Source of the DNA: an uncultured Clostridia bacterium | Lineage (GTDB): Bacteria; Bacillota; Clostridia; Christensenellales; UBA3700 | Assembly: GCA_946615965.1 (NCBI GenBank) | Contig: CAMOIC010000004.1 | Coordinates: forward strand, 1 to 62,892 | Direction: 5' to 3' | Length of the DNA: 62,892 nucleotides | In this document: positions 20,668 through 31,701 of the stretch, piece after piece | How positions within the stretch are numbered: position 1 is the stretch's first letter | Layout: each line of letters starts with the position of its first letter | The notes under the pieces: model-generated | The model's database searches: none | Told to the model about the DNA's origin: nothing | The model's input: the letters and a program-made list of their open reading frames with translations, nothing else | Position numbers and translations under genes: made by a program

Positions 20668-22410
20668 CTATTTTACAGCTACATTCCAGCAATCAATTCT
20701 GTTCGCTGCTTGTGTTATATTATCTCTTATTAATTTTGATGAACTTCTTGGGGTAATCTTCATATTATTAACCTCAATTCCATCTACATGTCTTGCAAAT
20801 AAACCATATACTGGCAAATCGTCATATTTGCTCTTCTCATGAGATAAGAAGTACAAATGGATAACTCTTGTAATTTCTGGATATCCGCTCATACCATCTT
20901 CATCTTTAGGATCGCCTACGCTTAACTTCTCTGCAGTATTCCTATAATTTGCAACAAAGTTTGCAATTAATACATCTTTAACTCTATAGATATCGCTACC
21001 ATATTGGCATCCTGTGATTGCGCTTGGTAATTCACAATTATTACTTGTTATGTTAGTAATCTTAATCTTTTTGATAGAACCAACTGTTTCAGACTTACCA
21101 GAAGCTAATCCTCTTGAGCCAAGCCAAATTAAGAATGGAGAACTAATACCGCTCATATAGATATTATCTACTGTTACGTCATAAATATTTGAGCCATCAG
21201 CTGACTCTATAGATACTCCAGCATATCCACCACATACGCCCTTTGGAAGCATAAAGTAGCAATTTAGAACCTCAACTTTTTCAACATCTTGATATGTTTC
21301 AGTTCCAATCTTAAAGCAATTAGCCATAGATATAATTGTGCAATAATTAACTTTTATATCTTCAGTCTTTAATCTACCATTTGCTTTTACGCAAACGCCA
21401 TCATCTGCTGTTGCAATAAAGCAATGGAATATATTTACATCTTGACAACTTACTAAATCAATACCATCAGCATTAGCAACATGTAGATTATTATCTATAA
21501 CTAAATCCTCAATATTAATCTTATTGCAATCGATAAGTTTGCATGTCCAGTTTGCTGAATCTTCTATTTTGAAAGAATTAAACTTTATGTTGCTGCATTC
21601 ACTAAAATATACAGCATGAGGTCTGTTTGAAGTTATAGCGTTTCTAATTCTCTTTCTTGCTTCTAATACCCTATCTTTAACATTGAATTCTGTAAGAGGA
21701 GCAAATACAGAAGAATCTTCTGCCTCATTAGTATATGATGTACCATTACAAACTATTGATCCAGGACCATAGATTGCAATGTTGTTTTTATCAAAAGCAT
21801 ATAATAATCCTATTGTTGTATCGTTAAGTGTGAATGAAATATTATTATCTACACTTTCTTCATATGTAGGTCCAATTAACGAACAGTTCTCTTGGATTAC
21901 AATTGTTGTATTGCTTCTTAATTCGATTGGATTAATCTTATAATTACCATCAACGTAAATAACGATACTGCCTGTTGCTTCTTCTAAAATAGATTTAATA
22001 ATTGCAGTATTAGCAGCTGCATCATTAGTTTCTAAAACACCTTCTTCAGATAATGTATAACTATGTTTGAATACTGATAAAACGTCAGTTACTGAATGCA
22101 GGTAACTTTCGTAATCAATACAAGAGCTATCTATACGTTCATTTGTATCGTCTAAAACATAATCCTTTTTTAATTCTGAGATGTTTTTATAAGTAAAAGT
22201 TGTTGTTGGATAATTGATTTTAAAAAAATATGCCCAAAGAATAAGAACGAAAAAGACAATAATAGAAACAACAACGATTGCTGCAAGAATTGAAGCTCTC
22301 TTCTTTGGATTTTTCCAAACTGATTCTTTAACTTTAACAGCACTAGCATCAGATGCTACGCTACTAGTTTCAGCCTTATTCTCTATTTTCTCGAATTCTT
22401 CGTTTGACAT
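20668..22410 (-). CDS. GH28-like parallel beta-helix glycoside hydrolase, membrane anchored
   Basis: IELRSNTTIVI; ANADGID; TADDGVCVK; FKIGTE; N-terminal TM. Confidence 0.78.
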   Translation of the reverse strand: MSNEEFEKIENKAETSSVASDASAVKVKESVWKNPKKRASILAAIVVVSIIVFFVLILWAYFFKINYPTTTFTYKNISELKKDYVLDDTNERIDSSCIDYESYLHSVTDVLSVFKHSYTLSEEGVLETNDAAANTAIIKSILEEATGSIVIYVDGNYKINPIELRSNTTIVIQENCSLIGPTYEESVDNNISFTLNDTTIGLLYAFDKNNIAIYGPGSIVCNGTSYTNEAEDSSVFAPLTEFNVKDRVLEARKRIRNAITSNRPHAVYFSECSNIKFNSFKIEDSANWTCKLIDCNKINIEDLVIDNNLHVANADGIDLVSCQDVNIFHCFIATADDGVCVKANGRLKTEDIKVNYCTIISMANCFKIGTETYQDVEKVEVLNCYFMLPKGVCGGYAGVSIESADGSNIYDVTVDNIYMSGISSPFLIWLGSRGLASGKSETVGSIKKIKITNITSNNCELPSAITGCQYGSDIYRVKDVLIANFVANYRNTAEKLSVGDPKDEDGMSGYPEITRVIHLYFLSHEKSKYDDLPVYGLFARHVDGIEVNNMKITPRSSSKLIRDNITQAANRIDCWNVAVK

Positions 22411-22485
22411 TTTCCTACCTATACGATGCTCACATTATAACACATGTACGCGCAAGATAACAATATCGCGATTATATTAAAATAA

Positions 22486-24072
22486 TTATAAAATATTTAA
22501 AAGATGTAATGCAGTTTCTATTCCATCAACAGCGGCAGATGTTATACCGCCAGCATAACCTGCACCTTCTCCACAAGGCATTAAACCCTTGATGGAACTT
22601 TGGTAATTATCATCACGCATAATTCTAACTGGAGATGATGATCTACTTTCTATTCCGGTAAACAAAGCATCTTCATTAGCAAAACCCTTTATCTTTTTAT
22701 CAAATATAGGCATAGCCTCTATTAGAGAATCTGTAACATAATTTGGTAAGCAAGAACGTAAATCCGCTCCAACAACACCAATCGGATAAGTAGGTTTTAC
22801 TGATTTAAAATCAGTAGATATTTTATGGTTCTTCAAATCTCCATATCTTTGACAAGGTGCTTTATAACTATTAGAAGCCTTATACGCAAGTCTTTCATAT
22901 TTTCTTTGTAATTCAACACCGGCTAGAACTTTTTTGCTACCAAAGTCTTCAGGAGTAATACCAACAAGAACAGCAGAATTAGCATTTATGCCATCACGCT
23001 TTGAATAACTCATTCCATTTGTGACAACTTGTTCTTCTTCACTTGTTGCAGCTACAACATAGCCGCCTGGGCACATACAGAATGTATAGCAGCCTCTTCC
23101 TGATTGAAGATGACAAGCAAGTTTATATGCGGCTGGCTTTAGTAACTTGTAGCTATCTCCATATTGAGATTTTGAAATTTCTTCTTGAAGGTGTTCTACT
23201 CTTACACCAATTGAGAATGCTTTTTGTTGCATTAAAACTTTAGATGAAAGCATTTCAAATGTATCTCTTGCGCTATGACCAATAGCCAATACACAAGCTT
23301 TTGTTGGAATCTCTTCTTTTTGGCCATTCTTCTCGACAACTACGCCTACAAGTTGACCGCAATCTTGTTTAATATCTACAAGTTTAGTATCAAATAAATA
23401 TTCTCCACCAAGCTTTTCAATTTCTTTTCTAATATTACCAACAACGTTAATTAAAACGTCAGTACCTATATGAGGCTTTGACTCATATAGTATTTCTTCT
23501 TGTGCACCATGAAGATGAAGTTCGTTTAGAACTGTATTTATAAGCGGAGAATTAGTTCCCGTGTTTAATTTTCCATCAGAAAAAGTACCTGCTCCACCCT
23601 CGCCGAATTGTATATTTGATTCTGTATCTAATATACTTTTTTCATTAAATATTCTTACACTTTCTTGCCTTTTTGAAACGCACTTTCCTCTCTCAATTAC
23701 AATAGGCTTTAATCCCATCTTTGCTAGCGTTAAAGCAGCAAACATACCGGCTGGTCCGGATCCAACAATAATTGGTCTATAAGATATTGCTTTTTTGTTA
23801 TAGTCCTTTAAAAAAGCATTTATCGTATTATCTTGTTCAACATATTTTGGATACTTAGAATTATTCTTTAAGAATTTCTCATTATCTGATACTTCAACAG
23901 CAAGGGAATACACATACTTAATATCTTTTTGTCTTGAATCCAAAGATTCTTTTAGAATCTTATATCTTAAAATAGAACTTGGTTTAATTCTAAGAGTATT
24001 AGATAACACTCTCTCAAAATCAAGTTTAGAATGCACTATTGGAAGTTTTATATCATTAACCTTTATTAGCAT
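22486..24072 (-). CDS. Uncharacterised FAD-dependent oxidoreductase (COG2509-like)
   Basis: IVGSGPAG; QFGEGGAGTFSDGKL; YTFCMCPGG; GEGAGYAGGITSAAVDG. Confidence 0.88.
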   Translation of the reverse strand: MLIKVNDIKLPIVHSKLDFERVLSNTLRIKPSSILRYKILKESLDSRQKDIKYVYSLAVEVSDNEKFLKNNSKYPKYVEQDNTINAFLKDYNKKAISYRPIIVGSGPAGMFAALTLAKMGLKPIVIERGKCVSKRQESVRIFNEKSILDTESNIQFGEGGAGTFSDGKLNTGTNSPLINTVLNELHLHGAQEEILYESKPHIGTDVLINVVGNIRKEIEKLGGEYLFDTKLVDIKQDCGQLVGVVVEKNGQKEEIPTKACVLAIGHSARDTFEMLSSKVLMQQKAFSIGVRVEHLQEEISKSQYGDSYKLLKPAAYKLACHLQSGRGCYTFCMCPGGYVVAATSEEEQVVTNGMSYSKRDGINANSAVLVGITPEDFGSKKVLAGVELQRKYERLAYKASNSYKAPCQRYGDLKNHKISTDFKSVKPTYPIGVVGADLRSCLPNYVTDSLIEAMPIFDKKIKGFANEDALFTGIESRSSSPVRIMRDDNYQSSIKGLMPCGEGAGYAGGITSAAVDGIETALHLLNIL

Positions 24073-25201
24073 ATATTCCATCCACACAAGCAAGTGCTGA
24101 CATTAAAGCGAAAGATAGATTGTATCCACCGCATTCACCATCAACATCTAAAACTTCCCCTATTGCATATAGTCCTTTTTGAAGTTTAGATTCAAATGTT
24201 TTATTATCAAATTGCGATGTAGAAAGTCCACCTGATGTCACTTGTGCACTATCTAAATTTGTAAGTCCATCAATCTTACATCTATATTCTTTAATACTAT
24301 CTACAATATCGCCCTTCTTTTCTACATTTAAAGCTATTGCTTTATGTAATACACCAATCAATGGATTATCTAAAGGCGACTTATCTAAAATTTCTTTTAC
24401 TTCTTCTTTTGAATACTCTGGCATAAAATCTATAACAGCCTCAGCATTTACCTTATCGCAGTTATTCTTAACCATCTCTCTTGCTATGAAGCTTGAGGCT
24501 TTAAATGCTAAAATACCACTTATAGAACCATCTTTAAATAAAAGCTCTCCATTTTCGCTAAAAACATTCTTGCCTTCTATATATAAAGAAAGATTTGTTT
24601 TTGCCCTAACGCCATTTGCACCAATAAATGCGTTTGTTTTTAAAGGAACTAGAGTTTGCTTAAGTTTTGTTACTTTATGGCCAAAATCGCCTAAAATCGA
24701 GTGAGAATTAAACCCAAACGAAGCATTAGAGCCACTAGCCATGATAATTTTGTCTCCAAGTATACTCTCATTCTCCATTTTTATAACAAAACAATCTTTT
24801 TTAGATATAGATAGAACTTTTGAGTTAAGAATGATATCTACATTATATTTTTCTAATTGAGATAATAATACACTTAAAATGGTAGTTGCACTTTCGGAAT
24901 ATGGATATACTCTTCCCTCTTGATCTTCCTTAAGGACAATTCCCATATTAGAGTAATAATTATGTAGATAATTGTAATTATATTTATCTATGACATAATC
25001 TACAAAATTGGAGTTGTATTTATCTGACGATAAGTTTGAATTTAAGATATTACATTTTCCATTACCTGAAGCTAATATCTTTTTACCTATTCTATCCTTT
25101 GCTTCGATAAGTGCACAATTAACACCTCTTTTCTTTAATTCCAAAGAAGCAATAATTCCTGCAAGTCCACCGCCGATTACAATTACATCATATTTTTTCA
25201 T
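24056..25201 (-). CDS. HI0933/YhiN-family flavoprotein
   Basis: IGGGLAG; GKKILASGNGKCN; GRVYP; AQVTSGG; GEVLDVDGECGGYNL. Confidence 0.88.
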   Translation of the reverse strand: MKKYDVIVIGGGLAGIIASLELKKRGVNCALIEAKDRIGKKILASGNGKCNILNSNLSSDKYNSNFVDYVIDKYNYNYLHNYYSNMGIVLKEDQEGRVYPYSESATTILSVLLSQLEKYNVDIILNSKVLSISKKDCFVIKMENESILGDKIIMASGSNASFGFNSHSILGDFGHKVTKLKQTLVPLKTNAFIGANGVRAKTNLSLYIEGKNVFSENGELLFKDGSISGILAFKASSFIAREMVKNNCDKVNAEAVIDFMPEYSKEEVKEILDKSPLDNPLIGVLHKAIALNVEKKGDIVDSIKEYRCKIDGLTNLDSAQVTSGGLSTSQFDNKTFESKLQKGLYAIGEVLDVDGECGGYNLSFALMSALACVDGIYANKG

Positions 25202-25217
25202 ACGTATATTATACGAC

Positions 25218-25249
25218 AAAAGGAGCTTGGCTTGCACCAAACTCCTTTT
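25218..25249 (-). terminator. Intrinsic terminator closing the giant surface-protein operon
   Basis: Minus strand AAAAGGAGTTTGG-tgcaag-CCAAGCTCCTTTT; the G-U pair forms only on the minus strand. Confidence 0.7.
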
Positions 25250-25270
25250 ATTATTTTTAGATTAATCTAA

Positions 25271-25801
25271 CTACTCAACTGGAGTAAGTATAATTGAAAC
25301 CTTATACTCAACTTCTGATACCGTATGAGTATAGCTGATTTGAACGCTACGTAAATCTCTATTAGATGAAATAATGATTATAATTGTAGCGTTTGATGCA
25401 GTTCCATCAGTTATATTCAAAAATTCATTAGGATTAGCGATTTCAGCAGTATATGTATATGTGCTTATAGTTGCTTGTTTGCTAATATCGCCATTCTTGA
25501 AATCTGAAGCTGAATAAGAAAGTCCTGTTGCTGTTCCGCTATAATTTGCTTTACTGTATCCAAGGCTATGCACATCGTTATCTATATTGTTTGCTGTATC
25601 TAATTCATAAACTAGATCATCACCTTGAGTTACAGTAATATTTAATTCACTCTTTGATACAGCTTTTGCGCTATCTAAAAAGTCTTTTTCAACGATTTGA
25701 TTGTCTGGTTTAATCTCTGTATCTTTACAAGCTGTCAACACTCCAACAAGAGCGATAACTGATACTACTAATAAAACAATTAATAAATTTGTCTTTCTCA
25801 T
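25271..25801 (-). CDS. Lipoprotein of unknown function, last gene of the giant-protein operon
   Basis: Signal peptide with lipobox LTAC; AGGAGG SD; beta-rich sequence. Confidence 0.8.
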   Translation of the reverse strand: MRKTNLLIVLLVVSVIALVGVLTACKDTEIKPDNQIVEKDFLDSAKAVSKSELNITVTQGDDLVYELDTANNIDNDVHSLGYSKANYSGTATGLSYSASDFKNGDISKQATISTYTYTAEIANPNEFLNITDGTASNATIIIIISSNRDLRSVQISYTHTVSEVEYKVSIILTPVE

Positions 25802-25813
25802 TTTCTTATCCTC

Positions 25814-28800
25814 CTATTGGTCTTCCTTTTTGTTTCTTTTCTTTAGGCACATCATAGCACCTGCTACTAATATTCCAACAGATGGAACTGCAGCAGCTGC
25901 TACTTCATATCCTACCTTTGCAGTCTTAGCAGCAACGCCTTGAGCTGTAGAAACTACACTCTTAGAAGAATTAACTAAAGTATTGTATCTTGCAGTTGCA
26001 GCATTTAATGCGCTTGTGTTGATTAATTCTTTATCTTCTTCCATTACCTTTTCACAATCGCTTAAGATTGATCTATAAGTTGCAATACCGCTAAATCCAA
26101 ACTTATTTCCAAGTGTAGATAAAGCCTGATTAATCTTAGCTGGATCATATGTTGTTGTAATAGAGATTGACATAATTTCAGAATCATTATAGTTGTCATC
26201 ATCTACGATTTGAACATAGATTGTATACTTGCTTGATCCTGTTAATCCATCTACAACATAACCTTCTTTTAAGTTGTCTCTTGACTTACCAGCCATAATA
26301 GAAACGCCTTCGAAAATACCACCGATTATTACTTTATTGTAATGAACTGTTAATGCTTGCTTTGTTAACTTGGATGTATCAAAGTCACCCTTAACAACTG
26401 TTAATACTAAAGTATTATTTGAACCAGTAAATACTTCACTGTTTTCTGCAGCTGTAACTGTAATGTAATATGTACCAACGTTCTTTACGCTATCTACAGC
26501 AATTGTTCTTTCTTCATCTGAGAAGATTTCCATTGTCCACTCGTCAGAAGATGCAGTTGTGTCTAATTCAACTTCTAATTCTTCTCCTGTGAATACTAAT
26601 GTAGCATTCTTTAGAGTAATTTCAGCTAAATCCTTTCCAATAATTGTTAAGTTACCGAAATCTTCTGCAGCAACTGTTAATTCATAGTTTGCAGCATGCT
26701 CACCAGAAATAACCATTCCTACAACCTTTTCGTATGGTTCTGAACTAATAGGAGATTCCATAATTGTTTGTGATGCAACGAAATCTAATGTGATTAAGTC
26801 ATCTTCTACAAATTCTGCTGAACCTACAGAATATACGAATCCGTTTGTAGTATCTGCATTTTCAACTAGAAGTTTAGTATCACCATATCCCATTGTGAAG
26901 TTGCTTACTACAACAGAAACCGCTCTCTTTGCAACTGTGAATTCTAAATCATATGCGTTTTGTGTTGGTTCATATGAATAATTACCATCATCAACGCCAA
27001 GAACTAAGATTGCATAATCGCCAGCATTTACAGCTTCTTCAGTTTCAACATATGTATTATTAGAATTCTTTACAAAATACTTAATATTTGCAGTAAGTTC
27101 TTGAGCTAATGCGATATTAGCAAAAGTTACTTGTGGAGCTTTATTTGTATTATCGTAAACACAATCTGCAGCGGCTGATATAGAATCTAATGTTAATACT
27201 CTAGGATTTACTGTGAATACACATTCTTCAGAAAGAGAAACATTATAGTTATCTTTATCTGCACCCATAACAGTAAATGTATAAGCATAACCTTCTGCTA
27301 ATACGTCTGCATTATCTGCAAATCCTAAGCTATCTACTTCAACATAAACATCATCTTCTACTAATTCATCAACGAATCTAGCATATCCTTCCTTAACTTT
27401 TACATTAGCAGCATCTATAACATAACTATCTCCGTAAGGCTTAGATAATTCGTTACCTTCGCTATCACTTATTTCGAATACGATATCCAATGGAGTTACA
27501 GTTAATTTAACTGATTCTTGAGCCATTGTATAAACATAATTTCCGCTTGTGCTTACTGCTACTATTGAATACTCGCCAACATTTGCATTTGCTACGAATC
27601 CATCGCAAGTAAATGCAACATCGTTCTCTTCACCTTCTACGAATGTTCCTTCAGTTGTGTAATTTACATCATCTGAAGTAAATTCTGTAGAATATACTTT
27701 TGTATTAATCTTATTATTTTCAGTATCATTTATTGTTGTTACTGTAATCTCTAATGGCTTAACAACTACGTTAACATAAGGAACTTGCTCGCCCTCATAT
27801 TCCATTGTCTTAATTCCATTAGATCCAGTTCCGATGTCAACATAATTGCCAGAGAATGAGTAGTTGTCCTTATTAATGTTACTTGTAATAACAACTGTGT
27901 AATTACCAGCATTAATCATGTTGTCAACTTCAACGCCATTTAATAGATACTTGTATGTAATAACAACCTTTCTTCTTTCACTCTTACTGAATTCGCCAGC
28001 GTTAACGCCATCGATTTCTGCAAGTTTCATATCATTAATAGTGTTTACATAGTCGTTTGAAGAATATGTGTATTCTGCGCCATCGACATCTGTGTCCACT
28101 TTAATTTGTAATGCAACCTTTGTTACTTCAAATACTACATAGAATGTAGCTTGATTATAACTTGGATAATATAATGAATCGAATGTAATCTTAACGATAT
28201 AGAATCCTGTGCTACCTACCATGTTTATTGTAGGCTCTGCAGAAGCATCATCTTTCTTATATACGCCATCTTCAAGCTTTGCCTTATAGAAATATTGAGT
28301 ACTTTCAATTTGAGAGAATACATTTTCGCTAAATTGGCTATCATAAGAAACAATACCTTGAAGAGCACAGATACCAATCAATGAGTTATATCCTTTATAT
28401 GAAGAAGTTTCAAGATATGTAGAAACGTTTTCTGCACTCTCAATATCAGCTCCATAAATAACAGCTGGTGTCTTATCTACGATATTTTCATACTCTGTAT
28501 AATAGTTATCATCATCAGTATTTCTACTAGCACCAGTAACGTTGCTTGTAGTAACTCTAACTAATTTAACTACTGGGCTACCAATAATAACAGTTCTATA
28601 GAATCCAACAGTTTTACCATTTTCAGTAATTAACTTATGGAAGTCTTCTGCACCAGTTCCTGTTGTAGGAATGATATAGTTAGTAGCACCATATCCTCTT
28701 AATCTAACTTCAACATTATATGGACCATTGATATAGTCTACTTCATTGCTTGATGTACCTGGAGTATAAGTAATAGTTAATGATGAAGCATCGCACATAT

Positions 28801-31684
28801 TATAGATAATAATATTAGCGTTATTTACTGTAGTTTCATTATCTAATGAATCAAATCTAATATAGTTATTTAAAGGCTTTGTAATATCTGTTGTATAATC
28901 AGCAACATCTGACACTTTATTAACTACGACATATGAAACTTGTTGCTCTTCACCAGTATTTGTTAGATTGATATTGTATTCTACTTCAATTTCTCTCTTA
29001 TAAACTGAAACTGGGAATTGTAGTGTTGTAAAGCTGCTAGATAATAATGTGTAATTTGGATTAACACTATCTGCGATCTCAACAATATAATTACCTGCAT
29101 TTTGGATTGATTGAGTAACAGCTCCAATATTTAATGTATAATATGTAGCTTCACTATCTACTGTGAATTCTCCCCTTTGTCCTATCTTTTCATAGTAATT
29201 ACCGCTTTGAGAAGTTCTCATAGCATAATAATCTACGTTATCAACAATTGAATTAGCAGGAACTGGAGTATATGTTGCATTATAATATGTCATACCAATG
29301 CTAATAGCAGAATCTCCTGTTTGGATACCTGATTTATATACATAAGAGAATGCAATATTTTGTCCACAATATACAAAGTTTTGAGGTGCTGTATAGTCAA
29401 CATTATCCATATTGTTATGAATTGTTGACCACTCACCTTCTATAATTCTCTTGTCAATTCTATAGTAATAATAAGGGCTTGCTGTTCTTAACTTATTTAA
29501 ATTTGTTGTAACATCAGAAGCATAAGAAACAATACTACTATCATCATCCAAGAATGCATAGTTCTCATTTAAACTTTGCTTTGCTACGAAGATATAATAA
29601 TATCCATAATTCTTAATATCTGATAATGCTTTTGGAATTAATGAAGTAATAGCAGTAGCATTACCTTCATTTACTGTCCAAATATCGCTTCTTGTTAACA
29701 CTGTTTGTCCTGAAACGGCTGACACATAAGAACTACTATCTAAATACTTTAGAACACTCTTATTTCCAGCAACATTAGGATTATACGAATATAGATTAAT
29801 TGTTGGAGTTACGCTAATTCCTGTTGTTCCATCATATATTCTTGATGATAATAACTTATCATAACTACCATTAGAATCTAACTGATAATATGCAGCATAT
29901 CCAAATCTTACTTTTAATGTTGCAGATAAAGACAATGTAGTTCTAGGAATTACAACTGTACTAACATATTGAGAATATGAATCTACTGCTTGTTGTGCGC
30001 TTGTTGCTGTAGAACATAAATTCTTAACATCTGAACTAGATGCTGTTAAATCGAAATTCCATACAAACAAACCTGTATCTGAAGAATAACTGTCTAACTT
30101 CTTTGAATCCGCATAAACCTTTACATCAGCTTGTTCTGTATTATTTGCCCATACAAAGTTGAATGAATCATCATCAATAGCAGTACGTGCAGAATTTTGA
30201 GCTACGTATTTATCATCTCCTTGAACTGATTGATCATAAATATATCTGCTCATGTAAGAAGCATTCGCATTATAACCTTCTGTTGGCATAGCATAAACCA
30301 ATGAAGTATCATTTACTCCTGATAAGGTAGCCAATTCAGCTCTCGAATATGAATAATAAATATTCTTTAGGGCTGATTGAACACCATAACCATTAATCGC
30401 ACCAGCATATTCATACTCGCCTTCGGCACCAATATTTGAGAACAATCTACCATAACCACTATTACTTGTTTTTACAAATCTTTCGCCTATATGGAATTGT
30501 ACAGTGCCTGTCCATGCACAAATTACACCATCAATAGTACCATTTGTAACTACGTCCTTTTGCTCTCCAACAGAATATAAATAATAGAAGTTTGTAGCAT
30601 TTGAACCAACAATAATTCCACCTAAACCTGCTCTATCTCTATCGTTTTGATATGTAGGTCCATCGCACTTTGCGATAATAGTTCCAGAACCACTCGCATA
30701 GGCATTGTAAATCTTTGCAGAATTACATAAAACTCCTGCCATACCACCTACGAATACTCTTGGTGAACCTACACGTTGGCTAAATGTTGATTTTCTACCA
30801 TGGCTTCCGCCTCTAATATAAGAATTACCTAAAAGGTTAATGCTTGAATTAGATATTACTGAATTAATACTTGATGTTCCAGTTAAGTTGTAATTATCTA
30901 AAACACCAGTAAAACCGCCAACGCAAGCTGTACCTTGAGCATCTCTGTCATTATCGATACCACTTGTGCTTTGATAATAATAGAAATATGAACCATTATT
31001 TAAAGTTAATGAACAGTTATCAACTGAAGTTCCATACATATAACCGAAAATAACACCGGCACTAACTGGTCTTGCTAATTCACCTTGTTGTCCTGCATCA
31101 TATTCAAAATGACCGGAGAATACGAAATTAATATTCTTTAGCGTTGATTGATAAGCAACGGCGCCCATAAAACCTGTAGCATAGATACCTGAACCATTCT
31201 TGTAATAACCAAATGGAGTATAGTAAGAACTCATATGAGTTATAAATGATTCAACTCTATCTTTGCCCATAAAAGGCATAGATCCTGTAGTTTCGCTTGT
31301 TAAAGTAATTGTATGTCCACAACCATCAAGATGCGCATATTTAAATGCCTTATCCGTAACTCCACCTGAATATGTTATATCTGCTGTAAGATAACCATAC
31401 TTTTCATTTGCGGCAGTTACATTATCACCATCTACATCTGACAAGAAGTTTATTAAATCCTGTTCGCTTGAGATAGCTGTACCTGATGTGTATGATGTTG
31501 TATAGCCATCAGCGACAACACCATTTTGACCCGCAGTAACATCTGATACTTGAGATACTGTCAAATCCGAACTCATCTCTAATTTATTATCTTGAGCTGC
31601 TATTGTAATTGCTAAAACGGAAGCAAAAATAACAGCGATAACGATACTTATTGTAATTATTTGTTTTTTATTTAATCTTATCAT
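25814..31684 (-). CDS. 1956-aa surface protein: signal/anchor, GLUG/Zmp-like beta-helix head, MBG/Ig-like stalk, C-terminal hydrophobic segment and basic tail
   Basis: YLTADI..LDGCGHTITL; xGGxxG repeats; NAGxY/NVGxY repeats; GILVAGAMMCLKKRNKK end. Confidence 0.8.
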   Translation of the reverse strand: MIRLNKKQIITISIVIAVIFASVLAITIAAQDNKLEMSSDLTVSQVSDVTAGQNGVVADGYTTSYTSGTAISSEQDLINFLSDVDGDNVTAANEKYGYLTADITYSGGVTDKAFKYAHLDGCGHTITLTSETTGSMPFMGKDRVESFITHMSSYYTPFGYYKNGSGIYATGFMGAVAYQSTLKNINFVFSGHFEYDAGQQGELARPVSAGVIFGYMYGTSVDNCSLTLNNGSYFYYYQSTSGIDNDRDAQGTACVGGFTGVLDNYNLTGTSSINSVISNSSINLLGNSYIRGGSHGRKSTFSQRVGSPRVFVGGMAGVLCNSAKIYNAYASGSGTIIAKCDGPTYQNDRDRAGLGGIIVGSNATNFYYLYSVGEQKDVVTNGTIDGVICAWTGTVQFHIGERFVKTSNSGYGRLFSNIGAEGEYEYAGAINGYGVQSALKNIYYSYSRAELATLSGVNDTSLVYAMPTEGYNANASYMSRYIYDQSVQGDDKYVAQNSARTAIDDDSFNFVWANNTEQADVKVYADSKKLDSYSSDTGLFVWNFDLTASSSDVKNLCSTATSAQQAVDSYSQYVSTVVIPRTTLSLSATLKVRFGYAAYYQLDSNGSYDKLLSSRIYDGTTGISVTPTINLYSYNPNVAGNKSVLKYLDSSSYVSAVSGQTVLTRSDIWTVNEGNATAITSLIPKALSDIKNYGYYYIFVAKQSLNENYAFLDDDSSIVSYASDVTTNLNKLRTASPYYYYRIDKRIIEGEWSTIHNNMDNVDYTAPQNFVYCGQNIAFSYVYKSGIQTGDSAISIGMTYYNATYTPVPANSIVDNVDYYAMRTSQSGNYYEKIGQRGEFTVDSEATYYTLNIGAVTQSIQNAGNYIVEIADSVNPNYTLLSSSFTTLQFPVSVYKREIEVEYNINLTNTGEEQQVSYVVVNKVSDVADYTTDITKPLNNYIRFDSLDNETTVNNANIIIYNMCDASSLTITYTPGTSSNEVDYINGPYNVEVRLRGYGATNYIIPTTGTGAEDFHKLITENGKTVGFYRTVIIGSPVVKLVRVTTSNVTGASRNTDDDNYYTEYENIVDKTPAVIYGADIESAENVSTYLETSSYKGYNSLIGICALQGIVSYDSQFSENVFSQIESTQYFYKAKLEDGVYKKDDASAEPTINMVGSTGFYIVKITFDSLYYPSYNQATFYVVFEVTKVALQIKVDTDVDGAEYTYSSNDYVNTINDMKLAEIDGVNAGEFSKSERRKVVITYKYLLNGVEVDNMINAGNYTVVITSNINKDNYSFSGNYVDIGTGSNGIKTMEYEGEQVPYVNVVVKPLEITVTTINDTENNKINTKVYSTEFTSDDVNYTTEGTFVEGEENDVAFTCDGFVANANVGEYSIVAVSTSGNYVYTMAQESVKLTVTPLDIVFEISDSEGNELSKPYGDSYVIDAANVKVKEGYARFVDELVEDDVYVEVDSLGFADNADVLAEGYAYTFTVMGADKDNYNVSLSEECVFTVNPRVLTLDSISAAADCVYDNTNKAPQVTFANIALAQELTANIKYFVKNSNNTYVETEEAVNAGDYAILVLGVDDGNYSYEPTQNAYDLEFTVAKRAVSVVVSNFTMGYGDTKLLVENADTTNGFVYSVGSAEFVEDDLITLDFVASQTIMESPISSEPYEKVVGMVISGEHAANYELTVAAEDFGNLTIIGKDLAEITLKNATLVFTGEELEVELDTTASSDEWTMEIFSDEERTIAVDSVKNVGTYYITVTAAENSEVFTGSNNTLVLTVVKGDFDTSKLTKQALTVHYNKVIIGGIFEGVSIMAGKSRDNLKEGYVVDGLTGSSKYTIYVQIVDDDNYNDSEIMSISITTTYDPAKINQALSTLGNKFGFSGIATYRSILSDCEKVMEEDKELINTSALNAATARYNTLVNSSKSVVSTAQGVAAKTAKVGYEVAAAAVPSVGILVAGAMMCLKKRNKKEDQ

Positions 31685-31701
31685 TTATCTTTACCTCCTT
31701 T

